Under the pieces are notes generated by a model. That model was not told the DNA's origin and searched no databases. It saw nothing but the letters and a program-made list of their open reading frames with translations. The position numbers and the translations under genes are program-made. Positions 1 to 9,141 of a stretch of DNA of 64,000 bases are shown here, one piece after another (position 1 is the stretch's first letter; each line of letters opens with the position of its first letter). This DNA comes from Ferruginibacter sp. (GTDB lineage Bacteria; Bacteroidota; Bacteroidia; Chitinophagales; Chitinophagaceae). The stretch spans positions 9,065-73,064 of the forward strand of contig JAXLUE010000007.1 in NCBI GenBank assembly GCA_046329695.1. Reading direction: 5' to 3'.

Positions 1-793
1 GCCGGCCAGCACCATGGTGGACATGTCGAAACTCACCATTGATGAATTGCTGGATGAAATGAATAAGCGTGTACAGAACAGCGCCGACACGTCGCTCAAA
101 CGCCAGCTGGCCATGATCGTCGAACGCCGTTCCATGCCAGCCAAGCGCCGCGGCTTCACACAGAAGGCCAAGATCAACGGCCAGGCACTCTTCCTCCGCA
201 CCGGCGAATATAACGACGGTACACTGGGCGAGATCTTCATCGATATGGCCAAAGAGGGCGCTACCGTTCGCAGTATGCTGAACTGCTTTGCCATCGCCAT
301 TTCCATCGGCCTGCAATACGGCGTTCCACTGGAAGAATACGTGGAAAAATTCGTCTTCACCCGTTTTGAACCGGCCGGCATGGTGGAACACCCGAACATC
401 AAAACCACTACGTCGATCATCGATTTCATCTTCCGTTCACTGGCATACGAATACCTGGGCCGCACCGACCTGGTGCATGTACTGGACAAACCCGAAGTGG
501 AAAACCTGGGCGACCAACCCTGGGATGAAAGCACACCCACCATCGGAGAAAGGAAACATGAACTCAGCGAAGTACGGGTTTTGGGCAATAACGGAAGTTC
601 CAAAACCAACGGAACCGCCCCTCACCGCATGGCCAGCACCAAAAAAGTGGCCAGCAGCCTGGATGCCGTGAATGCCGCCAACAAATCCATGCAGGGTGAT
701 GCGCCTGCCTGTAATACCTGCGGACATATCACCGTACGCAGCGGCACCTGCTATAAGTGCCTGAACTGCGGTAACAGCCTGGGTTGCAGCTAA
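1..793 (+). CDS. nrdJ: Vitamin B12-dependent (class II) ribonucleotide reductase, C-terminal part (5' truncated by window edge)
   Basis: The frame is open from the window start. It has a TSCPD-like domain ([32 protein letters not shown]) and a terminal Zn-ribbon [19 protein letters not shown] typical of NrdJ C-termini. Confidence 0.88.
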   Translation, partial: PASTMVDMSKLTIDELLDEMNKRVQNSADTSLKRQLAMIVERRSMPAKRRGFTQKAKINGQALFLRTGEYNDGTLGEIFIDMAKEGATVRSMLNCFAIAISIGLQYGVPLEEYVEKFVFTRFEPAGMVEHPNIKTTTSIIDFIFRSLAYEYLGRTDLVHVLDKPEVENLGDQPWDESTPTIGERKHELSEVRVLGNNGSSKTNGTAPHRMASTKKVASSLDAVNAANKSMQGDAPACNTCGHITVRSGTCYKCLNCGNSLGCS

Positions 794-820
794 TCGAAAT
801 AATGGTAAGTACCTGTATAC

Positions 821-850
821 AACCACCAGCAAACAGCTGGTGGTTTTTTT
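821..850 (+). terminator. Rho-independent terminator after nrdJ
   Basis: Hairpin AACCACCAGC-aaaca-GCTGGTGGTT followed by a T-run. Confidence 0.8.
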
Positions 851-943
851 ATGATATGAACTATCTTTGTTAACCGTACCCCTTGATGCAGCCAACCAAA
901 TCCATTGTTCCGGAATTCCCTATTTATCATCAATCAAATAATC

Positions 944-3205
944 ATGAGACGATTTATTACGCTTGTAACCCTGGCTATCCTTTCATCAGTAACCACCGGA
1001 GTGGCAGGTACCATCTATTGGGTAGGAACCACCGGTAATTACAGTGACGGAGCCAACTGGAACACCCAATCAAACGGGAGTGGCACATCAGGTGCGCCGA
1101 CCAATACTGATGACATCGTCATTGACCGCAATGCTACGATCACTATTGACGGCACTTATTTTCCATCATCCCTGTGGATCATCAACAATGCCGTTGTCAA
1201 TTTTACCAATCCAGCAACTTCCAAAACATATACCATCGGCGGAAGCCTGTCTGTCTCCCCGCAATTCAAGGTTGAGGCAGGCTCCACCTTAAATATCCAG
1301 GGTACCGCATCCATCGTGATTGAAGTTTTGGCAGGAAGCCTCGCACAGATCTATGGTACCATTGATATCACCGGGTCCAGTTCAAGAATGAACTACCTCG
1401 GTGGAACAACCCAGGTAATGAACGGCGGTAAACTGCGGTATGGCCCGGGCAGCAGCAATGGTACAGGATCACGCGCGACATTTTTTATGCTTGGAGGCAG
1501 TACCTATGAAGTGTACAAAAACGGCGGCTCATTCCCCACCGGAACATATGATGAAGGATCCCTGATACTCAACACGGGCGCCGTGGCAAATCCCGCATTA
1601 TTTAACATGAATTCTTCTGTCGGCAGTTACGGCAGCTATGAATTCAACAGTCCTGGTTATACGAATACCACCAATGGCTTCAACCAAAACATCTCAGTGA
1701 GTAATTTTAAGCTGACAGACGATGGTTCGGGAAAATGGGTTTTCAGCACATCCAACTCTACAAGCTATACCTTAACCGTCAATGGCGATTTAACGCAGGA
1801 TGCCAATACCACCATTGATATCAACCGGGCAGCATCAGGAAGCCAGGCCACCGTACTGCTTTTAAAAGGCAGCCTGTATACACAGGGGAATATTACAGAA
1901 TCAGGCAACAATACAGGTTCTGAGATTCAGATGAATGCCAGTTTCCCGGTCAACCTGAACCTGGGTACTGACCCAAATGCACTGACCAACGATGTCAGCC
2001 TCCGCATAAACGCAGCCGCAGACATACTTGGCGGAGTCATTTATATGCCCAACAGCCCGAATGCCAAATTATACCTGGATAATGGCAACCTGGATGTACA
2101 AACGAATACCGGAGCCATGATCATACAAAGCCCGTTACCGGGGGCCATCGTTGGCGGCTCAGTGGCCAGCCATATCATCGGAAGGATGATCCGTGCATCT
2201 AATCAATCGGCCGCTTATGAATTTCCTGTTTCCAATAATGCAACACAGTTAGCCAAGGCGGTCATCACACCCAACAATGCCAACGCTACGAATTGGGATG
2301 TGAGTTTCAAAACACCCAACCCCAATGCAGGAAGCGGATTAACACCCGGATCCATTGAAATGGTCACCCCTTATTATTGGACGATTGATGCCATCGGTGC
2401 ACCGGCTGCGGGCGCATCCAATCTTACTTTACATTACAGCGACCTGACTTCCTCGACCGTCGTGATACCTGCACAACTGAAAATGGTCACCTGGAACGGC
2501 AGTAGCTGGGTAAGCCTCGGCGGACTGGATAACGGAGGAAATCTCACCAACACATTAGGATCAACCGGTGGCGCCGCCCCCGGTGACCCGGTGACCAATT
2601 TCGCCATATTCAGGCCCTATGCATTAGGTGGCATATTGGGAACACTGCCTATCAGCATCGAATATTTCACCGGTATGAAAAACGGCAAAGACCATAACCT
2701 GGCCTGGAAAGTCAACTGTACCAATTCACCCGGTGTAACGATGACGCTTGAACGCAGTTCAGACAGCCGTTCATTCCGTGGCATCAAAACCATCAATGCT
2801 GATGCCATCCGTTGCAGAGAACCATTTAACCACACCGATTCAGAACCCCTGGGTGGATTGAATTATTACCGTGTCAAGATCGTTGATGCCGACGGACAGG
2901 TAAGCTACAGTAAGATCATTGGTTTGCTCAACAGGCAGACAGGCTTTGAAGTAGTGGGCATCGCCCCCAACCCGGCCAATCAGCAACAGGAAAGCATCCT
3001 GAGTATCAGTTCAACAAAACCGGGAAGCATAACGGTACTGATCACCGACATGAATGGACGCCGGATCAGTTCCCGCGTGTTCCCTATGATTGCCGGAAAC
3101 AATCAGCTGAAACTGGAAACGACCCAACTCCCATCCGGTCAATACACAGTCACCATACTCGGAGATGACGGAGAAACGATCAGCCGCACCGTTTTGAAAT
3201 TATAA
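944..3205 (+). CDS. Secreted protein with T9SS type A C-terminal sorting domain (beta-rich, G/S/T/N-rich surface protein)
   Basis: Signal peptide MRRFITLVTLAILSS from ATG 944, then an IYWVG..GNYSDGANW motif. LPISIEYFTG..LNYYRVKIVDADG precedes the CTD (IAPNPA..ITDMNGR..LPSGQYTV). Confidence 0.8.
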   Translation: MRRFITLVTLAILSSVTTGVAGTIYWVGTTGNYSDGANWNTQSNGSGTSGAPTNTDDIVIDRNATITIDGTYFPSSLWIINNAVVNFTNPATSKTYTIGGSLSVSPQFKVEAGSTLNIQGTASIVIEVLAGSLAQIYGTIDITGSSSRMNYLGGTTQVMNGGKLRYGPGSSNGTGSRATFFMLGGSTYEVYKNGGSFPTGTYDEGSLILNTGAVANPALFNMNSSVGSYGSYEFNSPGYTNTTNGFNQNISVSNFKLTDDGSGKWVFSTSNSTSYTLTVNGDLTQDANTTIDINRAASGSQATVLLLKGSLYTQGNITESGNNTGSEIQMNASFPVNLNLGTDPNALTNDVSLRINAAADILGGVIYMPNSPNAKLYLDNGNLDVQTNTGAMIIQSPLPGAIVGGSVASHIIGRMIRASNQSAAYEFPVSNNATQLAKAVITPNNANATNWDVSFKTPNPNAGSGLTPGSIEMVTPYYWTIDAIGAPAAGASNLTLHYSDLTSSTVVIPAQLKMVTWNGSSWVSLGGLDNGGNLTNTLGSTGGAAPGDPVTNFAIFRPYALGGILGTLPISIEYFTGMKNGKDHNLAWKVNCTNSPGVTMTLERSSDSRSFRGIKTINADAIRCREPFNHTDSEPLGGLNYYRVKIVDADGQVSYSKIIGLLNRQTGFEVVGIAPNPANQQQESILSISSTKPGSITVLITDMNGRRISSRVFPMIAGNNQLKLETTQLPSGQYTVTILGDDGETISRTVLKL

Positions 3206-3220
3206 CAGATCCGATTTTTC

Positions 3221-3261
3221 AAATAAAGAAAGAGGCAGTTTATCGCTGCCTCTTTTTATTT
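3221..3261. terminator. Bidirectional intrinsic terminator between convergent genes
   Basis: AAAGAGGCAG-tttatcg-CTGCCTCTTT hairpin flanked by A- and T-rich tracts. Confidence 0.8.
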
Positions 3262-3270
3262 ATAAAAAGA

Positions 3271-5667
3271 TCATTTTTTTCCGGAAATGAAATCCCTCAA
3301 ATAACTGCAAGACTGATACGCTTCCCGGTAAAAATCCGTCTGGCTATATTCTTTCACCAACTGCGGGAAGTAGGGATTATTGGTAAATTTCTGGTAGTAC
3401 TCTTTGCTGGCAAGATCATACTTTTCATATTCTTCATACCTGTATTCCCTGTACTGTGGCTGATGATATTGCTTCTGGATGCACTTAGCCATCATAAAAA
3501 GGCATCTTGCCCTGAATTCCGCGTCTGTTGAAGCATCAAGTGCTTTTTTGAAATAATCATGCGCCTGGAAACATCCGTAATAATTTTTTTTGAATGATGT
3601 GGCATCATCAGGGATCACATATCCGTCGGTGCCGCTCCTGGAATACTCGACCAGCTCCCAGGCATATCCGTAATAAGTTGTGTTGTAAAGTCCCAATGCA
3701 ATCTTATACAGGTACTTCGCCTCATCCTTATCTTTCCTTTCAGCTTTTTTGTGCAACTCAAGCATTTCCCTGGCAAAAGACAATTTGCTGGTGCTTACAT
3801 TATTGGCTGGTAATTTTTCTGACTGATCATAGAGTAAATCAATAAAAGGGTCTTTCTCTATCGGTCCATTGGCATCGGGCGTCATTAAAAACCACCTGAC
3901 GGCTTCCGCATATTGCCCATCCCTCAAAAAGGCCGTTCCGGCAAAATCTGTGACCAGATTTTCCTGGATACAGTTATGTTGAAGCAAAAATTCCTCAAAA
4001 GCGCTGTGCCTGGATGATTTCATAAAAGCATACAGGGCAGCCACATCGGGAGAGCTCATATTTTTCCGAAGAAATACAATCCCCCAATAGGAGTTTGCAG
4101 ACGGATTGCTGATCCATTCTGCCGCGCCGACAGACAATACTTCCCGAAGCAAATCATTCTGTTGATGATATTTCCTGGCCAGTATTTCCGCCAGAACGCT
4201 TCGATAGAATTTTACCCATTGCGATTTATTATAAGATTGATGGGCTTCATCAAACGAATCACCATTTAGCGCCTTGTCTTTCAGCCATTCCAGGGAAGGG
4301 AGGAGTTTTTTTTCTACTTCCGCGTCTATACGCTCCGGATCATTGATCAATAATAAAAGGTTGATCATGGCCATCTGGTCTTTATACCTGTTGGTCATGG
4401 GCATTGTCGACGCCAGGTCGAGCCGATCCCTGGACTGTTTCCATTCTTTCAGCATCATAGACACATAAGAAGCCGCCAATTCAAATAATACAGGACTTTG
4501 CACTTTCTTTTCCCGGGCAACCTGGTGAAACCAATCACCCATTTCGCGCAGTTTGTTTTCCATCCTTTGCAAAGAATCGGTTTTCACCGGTTCATACCAG
4601 CTATCATACAGGATATCCCCGCCAGCCTGGGCCGACAAAGTTGGCGTGTAGTAAAATTCTTCCATTTTATTGACCTCCCGTACAGCCATCAGTTCCAGGA
4701 TAGGAATGCCCGGATCCAGTTGGTATACTTCTTTCATTGCAGCAAATTCGGTCTGGGGGCCATATATCGACATCAAGCCGATCAGGTTGGCTTTTTCCCG
4801 CGCATTTTTACAATAAGACAGCGCCGCCGGAATATCAAACATACCATTCATCGCCCAGCGAAAGCTTTGGTAGTTCGATAAACTCCTGACAGACGAAGCT
4901 GACAAAGCCTTACTAAACAAATAGACCGCTTCCGGCCGTTTACCCTGGTGATACAAGGCGCCAGCCTTCAACGACAGTGACAATTGTTGCAATACCGAAC
5001 GGGTAGGATTACCCGCTATCAACCGGTCGTAATATTCCGCTGCTTCCTTATACTGCCTGCTGTAATGGGCCAATCGGACAACCTGGTATCCATATTTCAA
5101 TTTAAAGACATCCTTTTTGGCAGCATCATATAACTGGATACCGTTCCTGATCAATCTTGCCATCTTCACCGAATCCCTGACAACCGGTTCCCAATAATCA
5201 TACTGCCCTACAACATAGGGCTCTACCGTTTTTGCATATTGCAGATATCCCAATGCTTCCAGGTCTGCCGTTGCCGATAGTTTGAGTGCCATGCGGTTTT
5301 TCAGCAGGGAGTCTCCCGTTGGCAGTTTCCTTTTTCCGGAAGCGTGCGCATACAGGGCTTTGACCGAAGGCAGGCTTGTAGAAAAAACCAACCAGGAAAC
5401 ATCTGTTTCAGGCATATCAGCGCCACAATATTCTGCCCATTCTTTCGTCAATAATTCTTCAGCCGGTAATTCCTCAAAAGAATCATACAGAAATGAATAA
5501 TTGCTGTAATAAAATGGCCGCAATGACATATCATTCGGAAGGTTGCGCAGGAAAAAACCGGTATGGTAATCATATTCATCAATATCCGGTCCGCAACCGA
5601 TCATATTTTGAGGAAAAGCGATCAGCAAACAATTAGCGAAAGCGATCAATAATGATTTCAAGGTCAT
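3271..5667 (-). CDS. Large exported hypothetical protein, TPR-like alpha-helical
   Basis: 798-aa ORF with a signal peptide followed by CGP, helical Tyr/Ala/Leu-rich repeats and a C-terminal ..AYQSCSYLRDF. It overlaps the upstream lipoprotein gene by 35 bp. Confidence 0.7.
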   Translation of the reverse strand: MTLKSLLIAFANCLLIAFPQNMIGCGPDIDEYDYHTGFFLRNLPNDMSLRPFYYSNYSFLYDSFEELPAEELLTKEWAEYCGADMPETDVSWLVFSTSLPSVKALYAHASGKRKLPTGDSLLKNRMALKLSATADLEALGYLQYAKTVEPYVVGQYDYWEPVVRDSVKMARLIRNGIQLYDAAKKDVFKLKYGYQVVRLAHYSRQYKEAAEYYDRLIAGNPTRSVLQQLSLSLKAGALYHQGKRPEAVYLFSKALSASSVRSLSNYQSFRWAMNGMFDIPAALSYCKNAREKANLIGLMSIYGPQTEFAAMKEVYQLDPGIPILELMAVREVNKMEEFYYTPTLSAQAGGDILYDSWYEPVKTDSLQRMENKLREMGDWFHQVAREKKVQSPVLFELAASYVSMMLKEWKQSRDRLDLASTMPMTNRYKDQMAMINLLLLINDPERIDAEVEKKLLPSLEWLKDKALNGDSFDEAHQSYNKSQWVKFYRSVLAEILARKYHQQNDLLREVLSVGAAEWISNPSANSYWGIVFLRKNMSSPDVAALYAFMKSSRHSAFEEFLLQHNCIQENLVTDFAGTAFLRDGQYAEAVRWFLMTPDANGPIEKDPFIDLLYDQSEKLPANNVSTSKLSFAREMLELHKKAERKDKDEAKYLYKIALGLYNTTYYGYAWELVEYSRSGTDGYVIPDDATSFKKNYYGCFQAHDYFKKALDASTDAEFRARCLFMMAKCIQKQYHQPQYREYRYEEYEKYDLASKEYYQKFTNNPYFPQLVKEYSQTDFYREAYQSCSYLRDFISGKK

Positions 5668-6673
5668 GGGTGGAATATTTCTGTAAAATAATACTATCCA
5701 GATGAAAGAAAGCTATCCTGGCACTGGTATCTTTCCAGTGCTGGCCCAGGTAATCACTGGCTTGCAGAATTTGTTGCAGTTCAGAGGATTCATACCGGAT
5801 CTCGTCATTTTTCCGGCAGTCAAACCCAGCCAATACCGTATCCTTATTCAGCCGAAACCGATTTTCGCCGACCCTGGAAACGGCTGTGACCGGCAAGTCG
5901 GACGCCCGAATTTTCAGCAGCCCAACATACGATCCGTTCCTGAAAACAACAGACCAGCTGAATAAGGGCAGAGCGATATCGAGTGGAAGGGGGTATGTGT
6001 TCAGATGCCCGAGGTATTTTTTAAGTTCACCGGGATCCAGGATTGAGTTGACAGTAGCCGGATTACGAAGATTGCCCATGTTGTAACACATGAGCAGGCC
6101 CCTGTGAACCGGAGGCACGCCCGCTTTCGCGATATATTTCACCTGGTGAAGTCGGATGGTGACAGAGAGGAGCAATTGCGGATCCAGTTTCTTCAGATAA
6201 TTGAGAAAGACAAAATACACCTCTTTAGTTGATACCGTCCAGTCACAATCAATTTGCAATTCATGGAAAACCGGCAACTGATTGACGGATTGAATATCAC
6301 GAACCAGTTGCAGGATCTGCACCGCAAGTGACTCAGCCGATGCCGAATCAAGTTGACGGATACATTCATTGGTTATAAAGACAACCGGAATTGGCCGAAC
6401 ATGTTCCAAAATTTCCCGGTATTCTTTATCGAATCGGATGACAGCCAGGGGCTGGGGTTTTTTACTGTCGTTGTTCCAGCCGACATCAAAGAATTTGATA
6501 TACTGAGTCTGTACATGAAGTTCCCTGAGTTTGTTGGCTTCATAGGGATTGGGAGAATAGATCGATTTCCAGTAATAAAATGCCGGTGTAATTTGACGAT
6601 GGGGGTGCCGGTCCTGTTGATTACAGGATAGAAGCAACATGCCGGCGGCAAGGAGAAACAAGAAACGGAACAT
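5633..6673 (-). CDS. Lipoprotein, GH18-like/DUF3142-like TIM-barrel hypothetical protein
   Basis: Lipobox LLLSC. Motifs AFYYWK, ELQIDCDWT, LSVTIRLHQ and LLMCYNMG resemble the GH18 beta4 DxDxE and beta6 MxYD motifs. Confidence 0.65.
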   Translation of the reverse strand: MFRFLFLLAAGMLLLSCNQQDRHPHRQITPAFYYWKSIYSPNPYEANKLRELHVQTQYIKFFDVGWNNDSKKPQPLAVIRFDKEYREILEHVRPIPVVFITNECIRQLDSASAESLAVQILQLVRDIQSVNQLPVFHELQIDCDWTVSTKEVYFVFLNYLKKLDPQLLLSVTIRLHQVKYIAKAGVPPVHRGLLMCYNMGNLRNPATVNSILDPGELKKYLGHLNTYPLPLDIALPLFSWSVVFRNGSYVGLLKIRASDLPVTAVSRVGENRFRLNKDTVLAGFDCRKNDEIRYESSELQQILQASDYLGQHWKDTSARIAFFHLDSIILQKYSTHDLEIIIDRFR

Positions 6674-6696
6674 GCCTGTAAAAATACAGGATTAGA

Positions 6697-6734
6697 TATA
6701 ACCCTGTTAGGGTTTAAACCCTAACAGGGTTATA
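6697..6734. repeat. REP-like perfect 38-bp palindrome adjacent to RAYT
   Basis: TATAACCCTGTTAGGGTTT|AAACCCTAACAGGGTTATA. Each arm also folds on itself (AACCCT-gtt-AGGGTT). Confidence 0.85.
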
Positions 6735-6830
6735 CAAAAAACCGATGATCAACTAAACAAAGTTCAGCGGCAGTCAATAAGATTCAGTCTGATCTGCAAC
6801 CGGAAAGCACATATTCTGCTACCATTGCAG

Positions 6831-7466
6831 ATGCAACAGTATGAACCATTACGACCGGGGGGCGTCTACCACATTTATAACAGGGGAAACAATGGCGAAA
6901 GCCTCTTCAAAGAAAAAAGGAATTATTACTATTTCCTGAAAAAATACCAGCAGTACTGCTCCCAGATCCTGCAAACCTATGCCTATGTTTTATTGAATAA
7001 TCACTTTCACTTACTGGTACGCGTCAATGAAGATGTCACGGTCCCGGGTAAGGATGGGAAAAGTCAAATAAACTTAATAGCGTCCAGGCAGTTATCCCAC
7101 TTCTTTAATGCTTATGCGCAATCCATCAACCAATCCTGTCAACGCAAAGGGAAATTATTTTCCCAGCCCTTTAAACGGAAATTGGTAGAAAAATCATCTC
7201 ATTTTAACAGGTTGATCCGATACATTCATCTTAACCCGGCACATCACGGGTTTGTATCCGATTTCCGGGCCTGGGAATTCTCCTCCTGGCATGCCTTGCT
7301 GCAGGAAACCGAATCTTTCCTGGCCAAAGACCGGGTTCTTGCAGGATTTGAGTCAAAAATACACTTTGAAAAATACCATGAGGATTTGCAGGATACCGAA
7401 TATTCGAATGACCTGATAACCTCCGAAACAGTCCGCCGAATGAATGAAGGGAACTGGGTTATTTGA
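6831..7466 (+). mobile_element. REP-associated tyrosine transposase (RAYT, Y1/IS200-like HUH transposase)
   Basis: YHIYNRGNN N-terminal motif, HUH motif NHFHLL, catalytic Tyr motif YIHLNP and WEFSSW. A palindromic REP lies ~100 bp upstream. Confidence 0.85.
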
Positions 7467-7493
7467 CTTCAAAGTACGAATCGACTATCTTTG
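7462..7493 (+). promoter_or_regulatory. Bacteroidota primary-sigma promoter (-33 TTTG / -7 TAnnTTTG) for glyQS
   Basis: TTTG at 7462-7465, a 20-nt spacer, then TATCTTTG at 7486-7493. Confidence 0.65.
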
Positions 7494-7498
7494 CGCCC

Positions 7499-8956
7499 AT
7501 GGCAAACGAAGCAAATTTATTCCAGAACCTCATATCACATTGTAAGGAATACGGTTACATTTTCCAGTCATCCGAACTGTACGATGGCCTCTCAGCAGTA
7601 TACGATTACGGTCAGAATGGCGCACAACTCAAAAAAAACCTGCGCGACGAATGGTGGAAAAGCATGACCCAGATGCACGAAAATATCGTGGGTATCGACG
7701 CCGCTATCTTCATGCACCCTACTGTATGGAAAGCAAGCGGACACGTGGATAACTTCAGCGACCCGATGATCGATAACAAAGACAGTAAAAAACGCTACCG
7801 CGTAGATCATCTCATCGAAGGCTTCGCTGAAACACTGGATAAAACCAAAGCGGATGAACTCATCGCCGCCATGGACCAATTGCTCGCTAAAGACGATTAC
7901 TCCGGTTTGAAAAAACTGATAGAAGATCATAAAATAACCTGCGCGATCAGTAAAACATGTAACTGGACCGACGTCCGCCAGTTCAACCTGATGTTTAAAA
8001 CTGAATTCGGCGCGGTAGCCAGTGAAAACCCGGATGACAATATAGTTTATCTCCGGCCGGAAACAGCACAGGGCATTTTTGTCAACTTTTTGAATGTGCA
8101 AAAAACGGGACGCATGAAGATCCCCTTTGGTATCGCACAAACAGGCAAGGCCTTCCGCAATGAGATCGTGGCCAGGCAATTCATTTTCCGGATGCGTGAA
8201 TTCGAACAAATGGAAATGCAATTCTTCATCCGCCCCGGCACCCAGCTCGAATGGTACAATTACTGGAAAGAAACCAGGAAAAAATGGCATGAAAGCATCG
8301 GCATACCGGCAGATAAACTGCGTTATCACAACCATACCAAACTGGCCCATTACGCCGATGCAGCCCTGGATATCGAATTCGAATTTCCTTTCGGATGGAA
8401 AGAACTCGAAGGCATTCACAGCCGTACCGATTTCGATTTGTCGCAGCATGCCAGCTTCAGCCGCAAAAAAATCCAGTATTTCGATAACGACCTGGATGAA
8501 AATGGCAAACCGTATGGTAACTACACACCCTTTGTTGTGGAAACTTCGGTTGGGCTCGACCGTTTGTTCCTCACCATCCTCAGCCTGGCTTATGCCGAAG
8601 AGAAATGGACCAAAGAAGACGGAACAGAAGACAGCCGCGTGGTGCTGCGCATCCCGGCTAAAATAGCACCCACCAAACTGGCCATCCTGCCACTGATGAA
8701 AAAAGACGGACTGCCGGAAATCGCCCGTGAACTGATGGACGAATGTAAAGGCAGCTTCATGTGCTTCTATGAAGAAAAAGACGCCATCGGTAAACGCTAC
8801 CGCCGCATGGATGCCATCGGCACTCCCTTCTGTGTAACCATCGATCACCAGACCAAGGAAGACCGTACCGTTACCATCCGTAACAGGGATACCATGACAC
8901 AGGAAAGGGTTGCCTTGTCCGATGTGAAATCGATCATCCTGAAAGCTATCTCATAA
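7499..8956 (+). CDS. glyQS: Glycine--tRNA ligase (alpha2, class IIa)
   Basis: VWKASGHVDNFSDP, YLRPETAQGIF, FRNEI..FIFRMREFEQMEMQFF, ELEGIHSRTDFDL and an anticodon domain IGKRYRRMDAIGTPF. Confidence 0.96.
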   Translation: MANEANLFQNLISHCKEYGYIFQSSELYDGLSAVYDYGQNGAQLKKNLRDEWWKSMTQMHENIVGIDAAIFMHPTVWKASGHVDNFSDPMIDNKDSKKRYRVDHLIEGFAETLDKTKADELIAAMDQLLAKDDYSGLKKLIEDHKITCAISKTCNWTDVRQFNLMFKTEFGAVASENPDDNIVYLRPETAQGIFVNFLNVQKTGRMKIPFGIAQTGKAFRNEIVARQFIFRMREFEQMEMQFFIRPGTQLEWYNYWKETRKKWHESIGIPADKLRYHNHTKLAHYADAALDIEFEFPFGWKELEGIHSRTDFDLSQHASFSRKKIQYFDNDLDENGKPYGNYTPFVVETSVGLDRLFLTILSLAYAEEKWTKEDGTEDSRVVLRIPAKIAPTKLAILPLMKKDGLPEIARELMDECKGSFMCFYEEKDAIGKRYRRMDAIGTPFCVTIDHQTKEDRTVTIRNRDTMTQERVALSDVKSIILKAIS

Positions 8957-8973
8957 TCTTTTCCGATCAGAAG

Positions 8974-9000
8974 AGACCCGCCAGCAACGGCGGGTTTTTT
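8974..9000 (+). terminator. Rho-independent terminator after glyQS
   Basis: ACCCGCC-agcaac-GGCGGGT followed by a T-run. Confidence 0.8.
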
Positions 9001-9141
9001 ATTGCCCGAAAGCCCCCTTTTTCATGACGGGAATCATTAAGCCGGTTGCATTCGGTCAGCCTCCCTCCTGCGCTCCTTTCCTAATTTCCCGCTGCCAATT
9101 TGCCCCCGCGGGGCATTATGCATTCCTGTTAAAACCCTTTT

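Noticed and set aside
7592-8848. 418-aa antisense ORF opposite glyQS, and similar long shadows opposite ppdK, mfd, gyrB, ileS, dksA and frr
   Set aside because: They are fully nested antisense to conserved genes and have no motifs. Codon bias of the sense gene explains them.
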